From NCBI GenBank assembly GCA_965198005.1, contig CBDAOI010000002.1:32001-96000 (forward strand): DNA of 64,000 nt, in the 5' to 3' direction. The translations under genes and the position numbers were made by a program. The notes below the pieces were generated by a model that saw nothing but the letters and a program-made list of their open reading frames with translations, was not told where the DNA came from and ran no database searches. How positions within the stretch are numbered: position 1 is the stretch's first letter; each line of letters begins with the position of its first letter. This document shows positions 51,677 through 62,937 of the stretch, piece after piece. The stretch comes from Spirochaetia bacterium (GTDB lineage Bacteria; Spirochaetota; Spirochaetia; SZUA-6; Bin103).

Positions 51677-53071
51677 TCAGAGGATAAAGCGGGTGAGGTC
51701 GCGGTCCTGGATGATGGCGTTGAGGCGCTCGTCGACGTAGTCGGGGGTGATGATGACGGTCTGCCCCTTGAGGTCGCAGGCGTTGAACGAAAGATCTTCC
51801 AGCAACAGCTCCATGATGGTGTGCAGCCGCCGCGCGCCGATGTTCTCGCTGCTGCGGTTGACCTCGGAGGCCAGCTCGGACAGCCGTTCGATCGCATCGT
51901 CGGTGAATTCCAGCGTCACCTCTTCGGTGGCGAGCAGCGCGGTGTACTGCGTGATCAGGGCGTTGCGCGGCTGGGTGAGGATGCGCTTGAAGTCCTCCTT
52001 GTCCAGCGCGGCGAGCTCGACGCGAATCGGGAACCGGCCCTGCAGCTCGGGTATGAGATCGGCCGGCTTGCTCATGTGGAATGCGCCGGCAGCGATGAAC
52101 AGGACGTGGGAGGTGTCGACCATCCCCCACTTGGTGTTGACCGTGCTGCCCTCGACAATCGGCAGAATGTCGCGCTGCACGCCCTCGCGCGAGACGTCCG
52201 CCCCCATGCGACCATCCTTGGAGGCGACCTTGTCGATCTCGTCCAGAAACACGATCCCCATCTGCTCGACCCGATCGATCGCCAGCTCCGACACCCGGTC
52301 CATGTCCACCAGCCGGTCGATCTCCTCGGCCATCAGGACCTCGCGCGCGCGCCGCACCGGCACTTTCTTCTTCTTCTTGCGGCCGCCGAACAGGTTCTCC
52401 AGCCCGCCCAGGTTCACGTCCATCTCCTCGACGCTCTGGCCGGAGAAGATCTCGATCGAGGGCATGCCGATGCGGCGGGCGACGCTCACCTCGACCAGCT
52501 TCTCCTCCAGCTCGCCGGCGCGCAGCCGCTGCCGGAACTTTTCCGCGGTCTCGTTGCGCGGCGGCGCGGCCGGCTCCTGGCGCGGTGGCTGGAAGCCGGG
52601 GCCCCGCTGCGGGCCGGCCGGGGCGCTCACCGGCGGCTTGTTCAGCCCCGGCAGCAGCAACTCCAGAAGCTGCTCCTCGACCCGGGCCTGCGCCTCCTCC
52701 CTGACCCCCTCCTGCAGCTCGGCCTTGACCATGGTCACTGCCACCGACGTGAGGTCGCGGATCATCGACTCGACGTCACGCCCGACGTAACCGACCTCGG
52801 TGTACTTGGTGGCCTCGACCTTCACGAACGGCGCCCGGCACAGCTTGGCCAGGCGGCGCGCGATCTCGGTCTTGCCCACCCCGGTGGGGCCGATCAGGAT
52901 GATGTTCTTGGGCGTAACCTCGTCGGCCAGCTCGGGGTCCAGCCGTTGCCGCCGCAGGCGGTTGCGCAGCGCAATGGCCACGGCCTTCTTGGCCGGTTCC
53001 TGGCCGATGATGTAGCGGTCCAGCTCGAGTACGATCTCGGCCGGTGTGAGTTGATCCAGATCCACGCTCAT
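51677..53071 (-). CDS. hslU: ATP-dependent protease ATPase subunit HslU
   Basis: [36 protein letters not shown]. Confidence 0.97.
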   Translation of the reverse strand: MSVDLDQLTPAEIVLELDRYIIGQEPAKKAVAIALRNRLRRQRLDPELADEVTPKNIILIGPTGVGKTEIARRLAKLCRAPFVKVEATKYTEVGYVGRDVESMIRDLTSVAVTMVKAELQEGVREEAQARVEEQLLELLLPGLNKPPVSAPAGPQRGPGFQPPRQEPAAPPRNETAEKFRQRLRAGELEEKLVEVSVARRIGMPSIEIFSGQSVEEMDVNLGGLENLFGGRKKKKKVPVRRAREVLMAEEIDRLVDMDRVSELAIDRVEQMGIVFLDEIDKVASKDGRMGADVSREGVQRDILPIVEGSTVNTKWGMVDTSHVLFIAAGAFHMSKPADLIPELQGRFPIRVELAALDKEDFKRILTQPRNALITQYTALLATEEVTLEFTDDAIERLSELASEVNRSSENIGARRLHTIMELLLEDLSFNACDLKGQTVIITPDYVDERLNAIIQDRDLTRFIL

Positions 53072-53619
53072 GTCAGTTCCTCGACGGTGATTTCGGTGTT
53101 GGTGTAGACGCAGATGTCGGCCGCGATCTGCAGCGCGCGTACCGCGACCTCACGCGCGCTCAGCGCGGCGTCGCCGCCGGCCGCCGGCCGATCGAGATAG
53201 GCGCGGGCGGCGGCCAGCGCGTAGTTGCCGCCGGACCCGATCGCGATCACCCCGTGATCGGGCTCCAGCACGTCGCCGTTGCCGGAGATGAGCAGGGTCT
53301 GCGCCCGGTCGGCCGCCAGCAGCAGTGCCTCGAGCCGGCGCAGCAGCCGGTCGGAGCGCCAGTCGCGGGCCAACTCCACGCTGGCGCGGGTCAGGTCGCC
53401 GCTGAATTCCTTGACCTTGGCCTCGAACCGGTCGAACAGGGTGAAGGCGTCGGCGGTGCCGCCGGCGAACCCCACCAGGATGGTGCCGTCGGCCACGGTC
53501 CGGATCTTGCGCGCGCTGCCCTTGACGATGGTGGCGTCCAGGGTCACCTGGCCGTCCCCGGCCATCGCCACCTGGCCGCCGCAGCGCACCGCGACGATGG
53601 TGGTACCGTGCATCGTCAT
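53068..53619 (-). CDS. hslV: ATP-dependent protease peptidase subunit HslV
   Basis: TTIVAV...[32 protein letters not shown]. Confidence 0.96.
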   Translation of the reverse strand: MTMHGTTIVAVRCGGQVAMAGDGQVTLDATIVKGSARKIRTVADGTILVGFAGGTADAFTLFDRFEAKVKEFSGDLTRASVELARDWRSDRLLRRLEALLLAADRAQTLLISGNGDVLEPDHGVIAIGSGGNYALAAARAYLDRPAAGGDAALSAREVAVRALQIAADICVYTNTEITVEELT

Positions 53620-54578
53620 CCTCCTTTGCTCCGCGTGGTTCGGGCCCGCGGGTGGGCGTCGCGGTGCACCTGCCGCAGGCGGGCGAGGCTGGTATGAGTA
53701 TACACCTGGGTGGTGGAGATGCTGGCATGGCCGAGCAGCTCCTGCACCACGCGCACGTTGGCGCCGGCGTCGAGCAGGTGGGTCGCGAACGAGTGCCGCA
53801 GGCTGTGCGGGGAGACGCGCTTGTCGATGCCGGCCGCGGCCGCGGCCGCGGCCACGATTTGGCGCGCGCTGCGCTGGTGCAGGCGGCCGCCGCGGCGGTT
53901 GTGGAACAGCGCGTAGGCGGCGATGCGCTCCGGTTGGACGGCGCCGGCGCTCCACTGCTGCAGCTGCGCGGCCCGCTGCGGCAGGTACGTCTCCAGCAGC
54001 CGGGCGCAACCGGCGCCGAAGAACACCACCCGCTCCTTCCTGCCCTTGCCCATGACGCGGGCGACGCCGCCGCCAGGGTCCACGTCGCCCACGTCCAGCG
54101 CCACCGCCTCGGCCACCCGGCAGCCGCTGCCGTACAGCAGCTCCAGCAGCACCCGGTCGCGCAGCCCCCAGAAGTCGTCACCAGCCTCGGCACCGGTGTC
54201 CTGCCCCGCCAGCAGCCGCTCCGCTTCGCGCGCGAACAGGAACGTCGGCAGCCGCTTGCCGGTGCGCAGCCCGCGCTGCGCCTGCGCCGGGTTGCCGCCG
54301 CCGGCGCCCTCGATCTCGTTCAGGAACCGGTAGTATCCGCGCACCGCCGACAGGGTGCGGTTGACCGTGGCGGCGCCCTGGCCGGCGCGGGTCAGCGCTC
54401 CCACGAACGAGCGCAGGTGGACGGCGGTGGCCTCCGGCGCCGCCACGCCGGCCCGGGCGAGGTGGTCCAGGTACGCTCCCACGTCGCGCCGGTAGGCGCG
54501 CACGGTCTCGGGCGAGTAGCCGCGCACCGCGCCCAGGTACCGCACGTAACGCTCGGCGGGCGCACCTTCCGGCGCCAT
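53616..54578 (-). CDS. xerC: Tyrosine recombinase XerC-like
   Basis: [48 protein letters not shown]; XerC versus XerD assigned by position. Confidence 0.85.
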   Translation of the reverse strand: MAPEGAPAERYVRYLGAVRGYSPETVRAYRRDVGAYLDHLARAGVAAPEATAVHLRSFVGALTRAGQGAATVNRTLSAVRGYYRFLNEIEGAGGGNPAQAQRGLRTGKRLPTFLFAREAERLLAGQDTGAEAGDDFWGLRDRVLLELLYGSGCRVAEAVALDVGDVDPGGGVARVMGKGRKERVVFFGAGCARLLETYLPQRAAQLQQWSAGAVQPERIAAYALFHNRRGGRLHQRSARQIVAAAAAAAGIDKRVSPHSLRHSFATHLLDAGANVRVVQELLGHASISTTQVYTHTSLARLRQVHRDAHPRARTTRSKGG

Positions 54579-54733
54579 CAGCACCCTCCCCCGACGGCGC
54601 CCGCCCGGTTGCCGGCGGCCCCGCACTCCAGGTTGATGCGGACCCGCTCCAGGTCGCCGTTCGCGCCGGCGCCGGCGCGCGGGCTGCGCTCCACCAGAAA
54701 CCAGCCGCAGGCCGGGCAATCGTTCTTCCCCAT
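54578..54733 (-). pseudogene. 51-aa ORF resembling the last zinc-ribbon of topoisomerase I (topA relic)
   Basis: MGKNDCPACGWFLVER...RINLECG; located between dprA and xerC; TGATG coupling to xerC. Confidence 0.6.
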
Positions 54734-54757
54734 ACTTATCTGATCGGATTCCTTGCT

Positions 54758-55843
54758 CTACATCCGGTCTTCAATCGACCAATCATTCACCACGATCTGC
54801 CGCTCCCGCTCGAGGGCGAAGCGCCCAGCCAGCCACGCCCCCGCGGCGCGCTGATGCCGCGGCACCTCGCACCGGACCGGCGCCGCGGCCGGCGGCGGCG
54901 CCCCCGGAGCCGTCAGCCCGACCTCCGCCAGCAACGCGCCGGCGCCGTCCACCGGCGGCGCCCCCGCCGCGGCCAGGGCGGCGCAGCCCGCGGCGCGGGA
55001 GCTGCCCAGCACGTCCGCCGAGACCAGCACCTCGCGTCCCTCGTCGGCGGCGCAGGCGGCGGTGATCAGCGCTCCGGAGCGGGCCGGCGCCTCGACCACC
55101 AGCACCGCGCGACTGAAACCGGCGATGATGCGATTCCGCAGCGGGAAGTGATGGGGGTAGGCTGCGGCACCGGGCGGGAACTCGCTGACCAGGCAACCCC
55201 GGCGCACCACTTCGCGCGCCACCTCGCGACTGCTGTACGGGTAGATGCGATCGATGCCGCACCCGAGCACGGCCACCGTCGCGCACCGTTCCCCCCGCCA
55301 CCCGGCGAGGCTGCCGCGATGGGCTGCCAAGTCGATCCCACGCGCCAGACCCGAAACCGTGGGAATCCCACACCGGGCAAGCTCGAACCCGAACCCGCAG
55401 GCCGTGTTGCGGCCATGCCCGGTGGGCTGCCGCGTACCCACCACCGCCACCAGCGGCCAAGCCGGCGGCGGCAGTTCACCGCGATAGAACAGCACCTGCG
55501 GAGGATCATGGAGCTCCCGCAGCGCGCGCGGAAACCCCGATTCCCACAGAAAGGTGCATTTCAGCCTCCCGGCGGTCAAGTGATTTTGGTCCCGCGCGGC
55601 CCGGGCCAAGTACTCCGCGGGCGGCCGGTGGCGGTGGCGCCGGGTGCCCACGCGCCGGCCCAGCACCGCCGCCAGCCGCTCCAGCGACATCCGTTCGAGC
55701 TCCGCCAGCCGGCACCGGCGCGCTACCCGGCAGCGCTCCGCCGGCCGCAGAAACGACATGCGCGCCAAGCCCATGGCCAGGAGGCGGCGCGCCGGCAGGT
55801 CGGCTTCCGCCCACTCCATTGCCCACTCCATTGCCCACTCCAT
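54758..55843 (-). CDS. dprA: DNA-processing protein DprA/Smf
   Basis: AVVGTR, VSGLARGID, FPLRNRIIAG, VVEA..RSGALITA; start uncertain (MEWA x3). Confidence 0.92.
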   Translation of the reverse strand: MEWAMEWAMEWAEADLPARRLLAMGLARMSFLRPAERCRVARRCRLAELERMSLERLAAVLGRRVGTRRHRHRPPAEYLARAARDQNHLTAGRLKCTFLWESGFPRALRELHDPPQVLFYRGELPPPAWPLVAVVGTRQPTGHGRNTACGFGFELARCGIPTVSGLARGIDLAAHRGSLAGWRGERCATVAVLGCGIDRIYPYSSREVAREVVRRGCLVSEFPPGAAAYPHHFPLRNRIIAGFSRAVLVVEAPARSGALITAACAADEGREVLVSADVLGSSRAAGCAALAAAGAPPVDGAGALLAEVGLTAPGAPPPAAAPVRCEVPRHQRAAGAWLAGRFALERERQIVVNDWSIEDRM

Positions 55844-55877
55844 CACCCTGAACAACGGCGGCGGAACCGGCGGCGCT

Positions 55878-56912
55878 TCAACCGCGCGGGTGATAGCGGC
55901 GGTGCTGCCGTTTGAGATCGTCGCGCTGGACGTGGGTATAGATCTGGGTGGTGGTGATGTCGGCGTGGCCGAGCAGCTCCTGCACCGAGCGCAGGTCGGC
56001 GCCGCCGGCCAGCAGGTGGGTGGCGAACGAATGGCGCAAGGTATGGATCTTGGCCTCCACCCCGGCCCCGGCGCAGATCTCATGGAACCGTTTCCACATG
56101 CCCTTGCGGGACAGCCGGCCGCCCCGCTGGTTGAGGAACACCGCGTCGGTGGCGGCCGCGGCGCGCGCGCGGGCGCGGCCGGCGGCGCCGGTCGCGGGAG
56201 CTGCGGTCGCAGCGGCGGCGGTGCCGGTGGCGGTGGCGGCCCGCCGGCCGGACCGCACCAGCCGGGGGCGCGCCTCGGTCAGGTAGCGGCGCAGCCAGGC
56301 GATCGCCGGTTCGCCCAGCGGGACGATCCGCTCGCGCGACCCCTTGCCGTGCAGGCGCACGCACGCTTGCTCCAGGTAGAGCCACGCCAGGTCCAGGCTG
56401 ACCGCCTCGCTCACCCGCAGGCCGCTGGAGTAGATCAGCTCGAACAGGGCGCGGTCGCGCAGCCCCAGCGGGGTGCTCAGGTCGACCGCGGCGAAGAACC
56501 GCTCGAGCTCGTGCACTGCGAGCACGCGCGGGATGCGGCGCGGTGCCCGCGGCGGCCGCACCGCGGCGGCCGGGTTGGCGGCGTGCCCGTTGGCGGGGCC
56601 GGCGCCGTGCGCGCCCGCGGGGAGCGCCTGCGGCGCGGGCGGTTCGGCCTGCAGGAACCGGAACCAGGCGCGCAGGGCGCTGATCGCCTTGGCCAGGGTG
56701 CGGCTGTCGGCGCCGCCGGACTGGCGGTACAGCAGGTACTCCACCACCGCCGGAGGTTGCGCCGCCCGCTCCGGCTCGGCGGCGCAGAACCCCACGAACC
56801 GCAGCGCCTCGCCCGCGTAGGTGTCGATGGTCAGCTCCGCCAGCCCCTCGACCGCGCGCAGGTAATCGGCAAACCGCGTAACCTGGTCGACCCCGGTGCC
56901 GGCGCCATCCAC
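55878..56912 (-). CDS. xerD: Tyrosine recombinase XerD-like
   Basis: [56 protein letters not shown]. Confidence 0.87.
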   Translation of the reverse strand: MDGAGTGVDQVTRFADYLRAVEGLAELTIDTYAGEALRFVGFCAAEPERAAQPPAVVEYLLYRQSGGADSRTLAKAISALRAWFRFLQAEPPAPQALPAGAHGAGPANGHAANPAAAVRPPRAPRRIPRVLAVHELERFFAAVDLSTPLGLRDRALFELIYSSGLRVSEAVSLDLAWLYLEQACVRLHGKGSRERIVPLGEPAIAWLRRYLTEARPRLVRSGRRAATATGTAAAATAAPATGAAGRARARAAAATDAVFLNQRGGRLSRKGMWKRFHEICAGAGVEAKIHTLRHSFATHLLAGGADLRSVQELLGHADITTTQIYTHVQRDDLKRQHRRYHPRG

Positions 56913-56928
56913 GGTGGCCGGTTCCGCG

Positions 56929-58086
56929 TCAGCCTCCGGAACGGCGCTTCTCGCGCAGCACCGTGGGCACGCTCAGGTCGTCGAGCCCGCCGGCGCCGAC
57001 CGCGCTCTCCACCGGCTCGGGCAGCGCGTCGCCCAGCTTGCCGATTCCCTTGTTGAGCTTCACCCATTCCTCGTAGGAGATGATGTCGGGGTCGGACGCG
57101 GCCTGCTCCGCATCGGGCACCGGCTCCCGGTTGAACCCGGTGGCCACCACCGTGACCCGCACCTCGTCCGACAGCGCGGCGCTGGTGGTGGTGCCGGCGA
57201 TGATCAGCGCGTCCTCGGAGGCGCTGGCGGTGATGATCTTCAGCACCTCTTCGTATTCGGTGAGGCACAAGTCGTCGCCGCCGGTGACGTTGACCAGAAT
57301 CCCCTGCGCGCCCTCGATGCGGGCGTCTTCCAGCAGCGGGTTGTTGATCGCGTTGGTCGCGGCGTCGACCGCGCGGTTGTCGCCGGTGCCGGAGCCGATG
57401 CCCATCAGCGCGTCGCCCTGCCCCTGCATGATGGTGCGCACGTCGGCGAAGTCGATGTTGATGTCGCCGGGCTCGGTGATCAGGTCCGAGATCCCCTGCA
57501 CGCCCTGGCGAAGCACGTCGTCGGCGAGCACGAACGCCTCCTTGATCGGCGTACGCCGCTCGACGATCTTGAGCAGATGCTGATTGGGAATGACGATCAG
57601 CGTATCCACCTCCTGGCGCAGCTTCTCGATCCCCTCCTCGGCCAGGCGGCGCTTGCGGCGGCCCTCGAAGTCGAACGGCTTGGTGACCACCGCCACCGTC
57701 AGAATGTCCAGCTCGCGCGCCACGTGCGCGATCACCGGACCCGCCCCGGTACCGGTTCCGCCGCCGAATCCGGCCGTGATGAACACCATGTCCGCGCCGT
57801 TGAGCACGTTCTCCAACGAGCCCTGGTCTTCCAGGGCGGCTTTCTCACCCACCTCCGGAACCCCGCCGGCGCCGAGGCCGGCGGTCAGCTTGTTGCCGAT
57901 CGGCAGCCGGGTATCGGCATCGCACAGCTCCAGCGCCTGTTGGTCCGTGTTCACCGCGATGAACTGGACGTGCTTGAGACCGGACTCGATCATCCGGTTG
58001 ACCGCGTTGTTACCACCGCCACCCACCCCGATCACCTTGATGTCGGTGAGGTGGGCGCGCCGGTCCTCGTGAATTTCAAACGTCAT
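56929..58086 (-). CDS. ftsZ: Cell division protein FtsZ
   Basis: [26 protein letters not shown]-terminal DLSVPTVLR. Confidence 0.98.
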   Translation of the reverse strand: MTFEIHEDRRAHLTDIKVIGVGGGGNNAVNRMIESGLKHVQFIAVNTDQQALELCDADTRLPIGNKLTAGLGAGGVPEVGEKAALEDQGSLENVLNGADMVFITAGFGGGTGTGAGPVIAHVARELDILTVAVVTKPFDFEGRRKRRLAEEGIEKLRQEVDTLIVIPNQHLLKIVERRTPIKEAFVLADDVLRQGVQGISDLITEPGDINIDFADVRTIMQGQGDALMGIGSGTGDNRAVDAATNAINNPLLEDARIEGAQGILVNVTGGDDLCLTEYEEVLKIITASASEDALIIAGTTTSAALSDEVRVTVVATGFNREPVPDAEQAASDPDIISYEEWVKLNKGIGKLGDALPEPVESAVGAGGLDDLSVPTVLREKRRSGG

Positions 58087-58114
58087 GTGTTCCCCTCCAA
58101 ATCAATAGACGTTG

Positions 58115-59362
58115 CTAAAAGAACTCTCCAAACCACTTGCGCATGCGGGCCCACACGCTGGTGAACCCCGCTTCGCTGGTATTCATGTCAAATTGTTCGA
58201 CCCCGAGCCGGGTCGCGCCGTACTGCACCAGCCCCACCGCGGTAGCGAAGATCGGGCTGTGGTACTCCTCGACCAGACCGCCGAGCCGCATCGGATAGCC
58301 GACCCGGGCCGGCAGCGAGAAGATGTCGCTGGCCAGCTCGGCGGTGCCCGGCAGCAGCGCCCCGCCGCCAGTAAGCACCAGCCCCCCGGCCAGCCGCGAC
58401 AGGTAGCCGGCGCGTTCGATCTGGGTCTTCACGCTGCTGAGCATCTCGGACATGCGCGGCTGAATGATGTCGGTGAGCTGGCGGCGGGTGACGATGTGCG
58501 GCGGGCGCCCGCCGATGCCGGGGATGCTGGTCTCCAAGTCGGGCTCGTCGAGCGCCGGCACGTAGCAGCAGCCGGCATCGCGCTTGACCTGCTCGGCCGC
58601 CTCGTTGGGGGTGCGCAGCATGATCGAAAGATCGTTGGTCACGTGGTCGCCGCCGACCGCCAGCACCTCCGTGTGATGCGGCACGCCTTCCAGATGGACC
58701 AGCACGTCGGTGGTGCCTCCGCCCAGGTCCACCAGCAGCACGCCCAGCTCCTTCTCGTCGTCGGCCAGCACCGCGCGCGAAGACGCGATCGGCTCCAGCA
58801 CGATGTCATTGGCCTTGAACCCGGCGCGATTGACGCACCGAATGATGTTCTGCGCCGACGAGACCGCCCCGGTGACGATGTGCACTTCGGCCTCCAAGCG
58901 GACGCCGATCATGCCCTGAGGGCTGCGGATGCCGCCCTGGTCGTCGACGACGTATTCCTGCGGGATCACGTGCAGGACCTCCCGATCCATCGGAATGACG
59001 ATGGCCCGGGCGGCGTCGATGACGCGATCGATGTCGTCCTTGCCGATCTCGCGGTTCTTGCCGGTGACCGCGACCACGCCGCGCGAATTCACGCTCTCGA
59101 TGTGGCCGCCGGCGATGCCGGCGTAGACCCCCTGCACCTGGCGGCCCGACATCATCTCCGCCTCTTCCATCGCCGTGGTGATCGACTGCACGGTGGCGTC
59201 GATGTTGATCACCACGCCGCGCCGCAGCCCGCGCGAGGGGGTGAGGCCGACCCCGGTAATCTCCAGCTTGCCGTGCTCGCCAACCTGGCCAATGACGACA
59301 CACACCTTGGTGGTGCCGATATCCAGTCCTACGATCAGATCGTCGTTGCTCATGCTCGTCAT
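58115..59362 (-). CDS. ftsA: Cell division protein FtsA
   Basis: GLDIGTTK, DLGGGTTD, GLVLTGGGA, amphipathic C-terminus WFGEFF. Confidence 0.97.
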   Translation of the reverse strand: MTSMSNDDLIVGLDIGTTKVCVVIGQVGEHGKLEITGVGLTPSRGLRRGVVINIDATVQSITTAMEEAEMMSGRQVQGVYAGIAGGHIESVNSRGVVAVTGKNREIGKDDIDRVIDAARAIVIPMDREVLHVIPQEYVVDDQGGIRSPQGMIGVRLEAEVHIVTGAVSSAQNIIRCVNRAGFKANDIVLEPIASSRAVLADDEKELGVLLVDLGGGTTDVLVHLEGVPHHTEVLAVGGDHVTNDLSIMLRTPNEAAEQVKRDAGCCYVPALDEPDLETSIPGIGGRPPHIVTRRQLTDIIQPRMSEMLSSVKTQIERAGYLSRLAGGLVLTGGGALLPGTAELASDIFSLPARVGYPMRLGGLVEEYHSPIFATAVGLVQYGATRLGVEQFDMNTSEAGFTSVWARMRKWFGEFF

Positions 59363-60333
59363 GTCCCGTTGGCCGGCTCCGAGCCGGTCACTGCGACCGG
59401 AGGTCCGGCCCGCAGATCGAGTTCGCGCAACCGTGGCAACTCCTGACTCGCCGCGCGCGTGCGCCACAGTTCCAGCAGCACGAAGGCCTCGGCCAAGTCG
59501 TGCGGTACCAGCCGCGGCCCCAGGCGCAGCGGCGTGGTGTAGCCGATCGGGTACAGCAGGACGTCGAACCCCGCGCCCACGGCCAGGGCTTCCGCCAGCC
59601 CGCCGCCGGACTCCGGATTGGTGCCGGAGGCGCCGGTGGGGACCACTTCCAGTTCCGAAATCAGATCGGACAGCGCCGGCCGGGTGGCGCGCAGGTGGTC
59701 GAGATCCTGCAGCAGCAGCGCGACCCCCGCCGGCAGATAGTCGCCCAGCCGCACCAGCTCCGCCGGCAGGCCCGTGACCAGGGGCAGATCGAAGCCCGGG
59801 TCGGCCGGCGGCAGCCCGTCGCGGAACACGAACCCGCTCTCGTCCACCACGGCCGGCACCAGCTCGCCGGTCTCGGCCGCGGTGAGCACCACGGCGAGCG
59901 GTTCGCGCGCGCTCACCGTCAGGTACAGAGTGTCGGGAAACCGCAGCTCCACCACCGCCTCGCGGATCAGCGGGTGCTCCTGCAGGCGGGCGCCGATGGT
60001 GTCCGTGTCGAGCGAGAAGAACAGCTCGTTGCCGGTCAGGTCGGCCATCGCCAGCACCTCGGAATCGCTGACCGGCAGGTCGCTGACCACCTGGATCGTG
60101 GAGATCCGCAGGCGCGGCGCCAGCACCAGATAGAACACCAGCTCCAGGGCCAGCACCGCCAGCAGCGCGGCGATGACGAAGTGCAGAACGCGGCGCAGGC
60201 GGTTCCTGCGGCTGGACTGCGCGCTGCGCAAAGTGCTCGCGGCGGCGGCCGCGCCGACGCTGCCCGTGCCTCTGGCCGGGCCGCGGCCGGCGGCGGGGCG
60301 TTCAGCCAGATAGGGAGCTACCGCGTTAGCCAT
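59359..60333 (-). CDS. ftsQ: FtsQ/DivIB
   Basis: Single TM, POTRA-like (HPLIREAVV..RFPDTL), C-terminal LDLR; position between ftsW and ftsA. Confidence 0.88.
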   Translation of the reverse strand: MANAVAPYLAERPAAGRGPARGTGSVGAAAAASTLRSAQSSRRNRLRRVLHFVIAALLAVLALELVFYLVLAPRLRISTIQVVSDLPVSDSEVLAMADLTGNELFFSLDTDTIGARLQEHPLIREAVVELRFPDTLYLTVSAREPLAVVLTAAETGELVPAVVDESGFVFRDGLPPADPGFDLPLVTGLPAELVRLGDYLPAGVALLLQDLDHLRATRPALSDLISELEVVPTGASGTNPESGGGLAEALAVGAGFDVLLYPIGYTTPLRLGPRLVPHDLAEAFVLLELWRTRAASQELPRLRELDLRAGPPVAVTGSEPANGT

Positions 60334-61510
60334 GGCCGCTCCGCACCGGCGCCAGGACGGGTGCCGCGGCGGACCGCGCCGCCTGCCGCGACAGACCGAT
60401 CAGCAGTCCGCACATGGTAAAGGTGGTCAACAGCGAGGAGCCGCCGGACGAGAAGAACGGCAGCGGCAACCCGGTGGCCGGCACCAGACTGGATACCACC
60501 GCCACGTTGAGCAGTGCCTGCGAGACGATGCTGGTGGTCAGCCCGAACGCGAGGTAGCGGCCGAACCGGTCGGGATGGTCGCGGGCGATCAGGTAGCCGC
60601 GCCAGGCGATGATCCCGAACAGGCCGAGGATCAGGACCACGCCCACCAGCCCGAGTTCCTCTCCGGCGATGGCGAAGATGAAGTCGGTATGCGCCTCCGG
60701 CAGGGTGCCCAGCTTCATTTCGCCGCGGCCGATGCCGGCGCCCCAGGTGCCGCCGCGCGCCAGTGCGTCGCGCGCCTGCAGCACCTGGTAGCCGCTGCCG
60801 GCGGGGTCCGCGTACGGTTCGAGAAACGCGATCAGGCGCAGCACGCGGTGCTCCTTCGACAGCAGCAGCAGCAGCACCAAGGGGGCGCCTACCACCGCCA
60901 TGCCGGCGAACAGCCCCAGCCGCACGCCGGCAATCCAGAACATCGCCATCGCCACGAACACCAGAAAAATCGGAGTGGAAAAATCGTTCTGGAGATACAC
61001 CAGACCCGCGAACAGCAGCACGATCAGCAACGGCGGCAGCGTGGCGCGCAGACTCTGGGAGTAGCTGAGCTCGGGCAGGTTCCCCTTGCGGTCCAGGATG
61101 TGCGCCAGATAGAGCACCAGCGCCAGCTTGGCCAGCTCCGACGGCTCGAACGACAGTCCCGCGACCGAGAGCCAACGCTGCGCACCCATCGCGCGCACGC
61201 CGATTCCCGGCACGAAGGTGAGCATGATCGCCGGCAGGCTCACGGCGAGCAGCACCGGCATCGCCTGGCGCAGGCGCGGCAACTTGATCAGAGACGCGAT
61301 CACCGCGGCCCCGCTGCCGAGCGCCAGCCACATGACGTGGCGGCGAAAGAAATACAGCGAGTCGCCGAACAGCCGCTCGCCGGAGAAGTAGGACGCCGAC
61401 AGGAGCAACGCCAGGCCGCTGCCGGCAAGGATGAACAGCGTCGACACCAGCACGGTGTCGCTCGTGGCCTGGCCGGCCGGCCGCGGCGGGCGCGCGTCGG
61501 ACACCGTCAC
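60326..61510 (-). CDS. ftsW: SEDS peptidoglycan polymerase FtsW
   Basis: GAQRW, EPSELAK, LPEAHTDFIFA, LPFFSSGGSS. Confidence 0.95.
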   Translation of the reverse strand: MTVSDARPPRPAGQATSDTVLVSTLFILAGSGLALLLSASYFSGERLFGDSLYFFRRHVMWLALGSGAAVIASLIKLPRLRQAMPVLLAVSLPAIMLTFVPGIGVRAMGAQRWLSVAGLSFEPSELAKLALVLYLAHILDRKGNLPELSYSQSLRATLPPLLIVLLFAGLVYLQNDFSTPIFLVFVAMAMFWIAGVRLGLFAGMAVVGAPLVLLLLLSKEHRVLRLIAFLEPYADPAGSGYQVLQARDALARGGTWGAGIGRGEMKLGTLPEAHTDFIFAIAGEELGLVGVVLILGLFGIIAWRGYLIARDHPDRFGRYLAFGLTTSIVSQALLNVAVVSSLVPATGLPLPFFSSGGSSLLTTFTMCGLLIGLSRQAARSAAAPVLAPVRSGHG

Positions 61511-62937
61511 GCCGCCTCCAGCGCGGGCACGAGCCGGTCGAGGGCGACTGCCCGCGAGCCCTTGAGCAGCACCGTGTCGCCGGGGCGCAGCGCCGCGACC
61601 ACGGCGCGTTCCAGCTCCGCGAAGCAGCAGGTCCGCACCAGCGGCCGGTCGTAGCCGGCGTGCGCGAGCACCGCCGCCGTGGCCTCGGTTTCGCGGCCGA
61701 ACAGGAACACCGCATCCGCCTTGACGGCGGCCAGCAGGGAACCGAGCGCGGCGTGCGCCGCCGCCGATGCCGCCCCCAGTTCGAGCATGCTGCCAAGCAC
61801 CACCAACACTCGTCCCACGTCCGGCACCGAGGTGAGCGAGCTCACCGCGGCCGCCATCGACTCGGGATTCGCGTTGTAGGCATCGTTGACGATGGTAATA
61901 CGTCCCCGTATCACCTGTGAACGCCCCGGCATCGGACGTACCGCTTCGATTCCCTGCTGGATTGCCGCCGCACTTACTCCCAGGGTCGACGCCACCGTGA
62001 TTGCGGCCAACACGTTGGCGACGTTGTGACTCCCGAATAGAGGGAAGTGAATCTGGAGACCCTCCCAGTGGATGAGCGAACCCTCCAACCCCAGAGGTTC
62101 ACTCCCCTCGTATCCGGGTGTCGTGGTCGGACCGAATCGCACCACCGTTACGTCCGGCGCCAGCGGCAGCCGTGCGCGGTCGAGCAGCTCTTCCTGCTCG
62201 GGAACGAAGGCACGCCCGCCGCGGTGGAGATACGTGAATACCCGGCTCTTCTCGTCGGCGATGCGGGCCCGCGAGCCCAGGGGCCCGATATGGGCGCTGC
62301 CGATGCCGGTGATCAGCGCGTGGTGCGGCCGCGACATCGCGCCCAGCAGATCCATCTCGCCCGCGTGGTCGATGCCCAGTTCCAGGATCGCCACCCGGTG
62401 GCGGTGATCGATCCCGCACAGCGCCAGCGGCAGGCCGATCTCCGAGTTGTAGTTGGCCGGCGCCTCGTAGGTGGGCGCATGCTGGTTGAAGATCGACGCC
62501 AGGATGCGCCGCGTGGTGGTCTTGCCGTTGGACCCGGTGACCGCGATCGACAGCAGCGCGCCGTGCCGCGCGCGGTGGTCGGTCGCCAGCCGCTGCAGCG
62601 CCGCCAGCGGGTCGGGGACCAGCAGCAGCAGCGCGTCGTGTTGGCGCGCGGCCGCCAACAGCGCCGCCGTGCGCCGCCCCCACCGGCGGCCGCCCCACCG
62701 GGAGGCGTCCACCAGCGCCGCGCGCGTGCCGGCCGCGAACGCGGCCGGCACGTAGTCATGGCCGTCGACGCGGGCGCCGGCAAGGGCCACGAACAGGGCG
62801 CCCGGCGTAACCCGGCGCGAGTCCACGACGACGCCGGTGACGCACCGGGCCGCCACCTTCGGCGCGGGCGCCGCGCCGCTGCCGGCCACCAGGTCGGCAC
62901 CGGTGATCCGGGCCAGGTCGGCCAGGGCGAGCGTCAT
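61507..62937 (-). CDS. murF: UDP-MurNAc-tripeptide D-Ala-D-Ala ligase MurF
   Basis: AVTGSNGKTTT, NSEIGLP, NDAYNANPESM, LKGSR. Confidence 0.95.
   Translation of the reverse strand: MTLALADLARITGADLVAGSGAAPAPKVAARCVTGVVVDSRRVTPGALFVALAGARVDGHDYVPAAFAAGTRAALVDASRWGGRRWGRRTAALLAAARQHDALLLLVPDPLAALQRLATDHRARHGALLSIAVTGSNGKTTTRRILASIFNQHAPTYEAPANYNSEIGLPLALCGIDHRHRVAILELGIDHAGEMDLLGAMSRPHHALITGIGSAHIGPLGSRARIADEKSRVFTYLHRGGRAFVPEQEELLDRARLPLAPDVTVVRFGPTTTPGYEGSEPLGLEGSLIHWEGLQIHFPLFGSHNVANVLAAITVASTLGVSAAAIQQGIEAVRPMPGRSQVIRGRITIVNDAYNANPESMAAAVSSLTSVPDVGRVLVVLGSMLELGAASAAAHAALGSLLAAVKADAVFLFGRETEATAAVLAHAGYDRPLVRTCCFAELERAVVAALRPGDTVLLKGSRAVALDRLVPALEAA

Noticed and set aside
53616-56912. Integron integrase driving the cassette array
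   Set aside because: Both recombinases look like housekeeping XerC/XerD in conserved core synteny; no IntI-specific insertion or attC sites recognised
61507-62937. mraY/murD/murG missing from the dcw cluster as a novel loss
   Set aside because: A reduced murF-ftsW-ftsQ arrangement is known in treponemes; these genes can lie elsewhere
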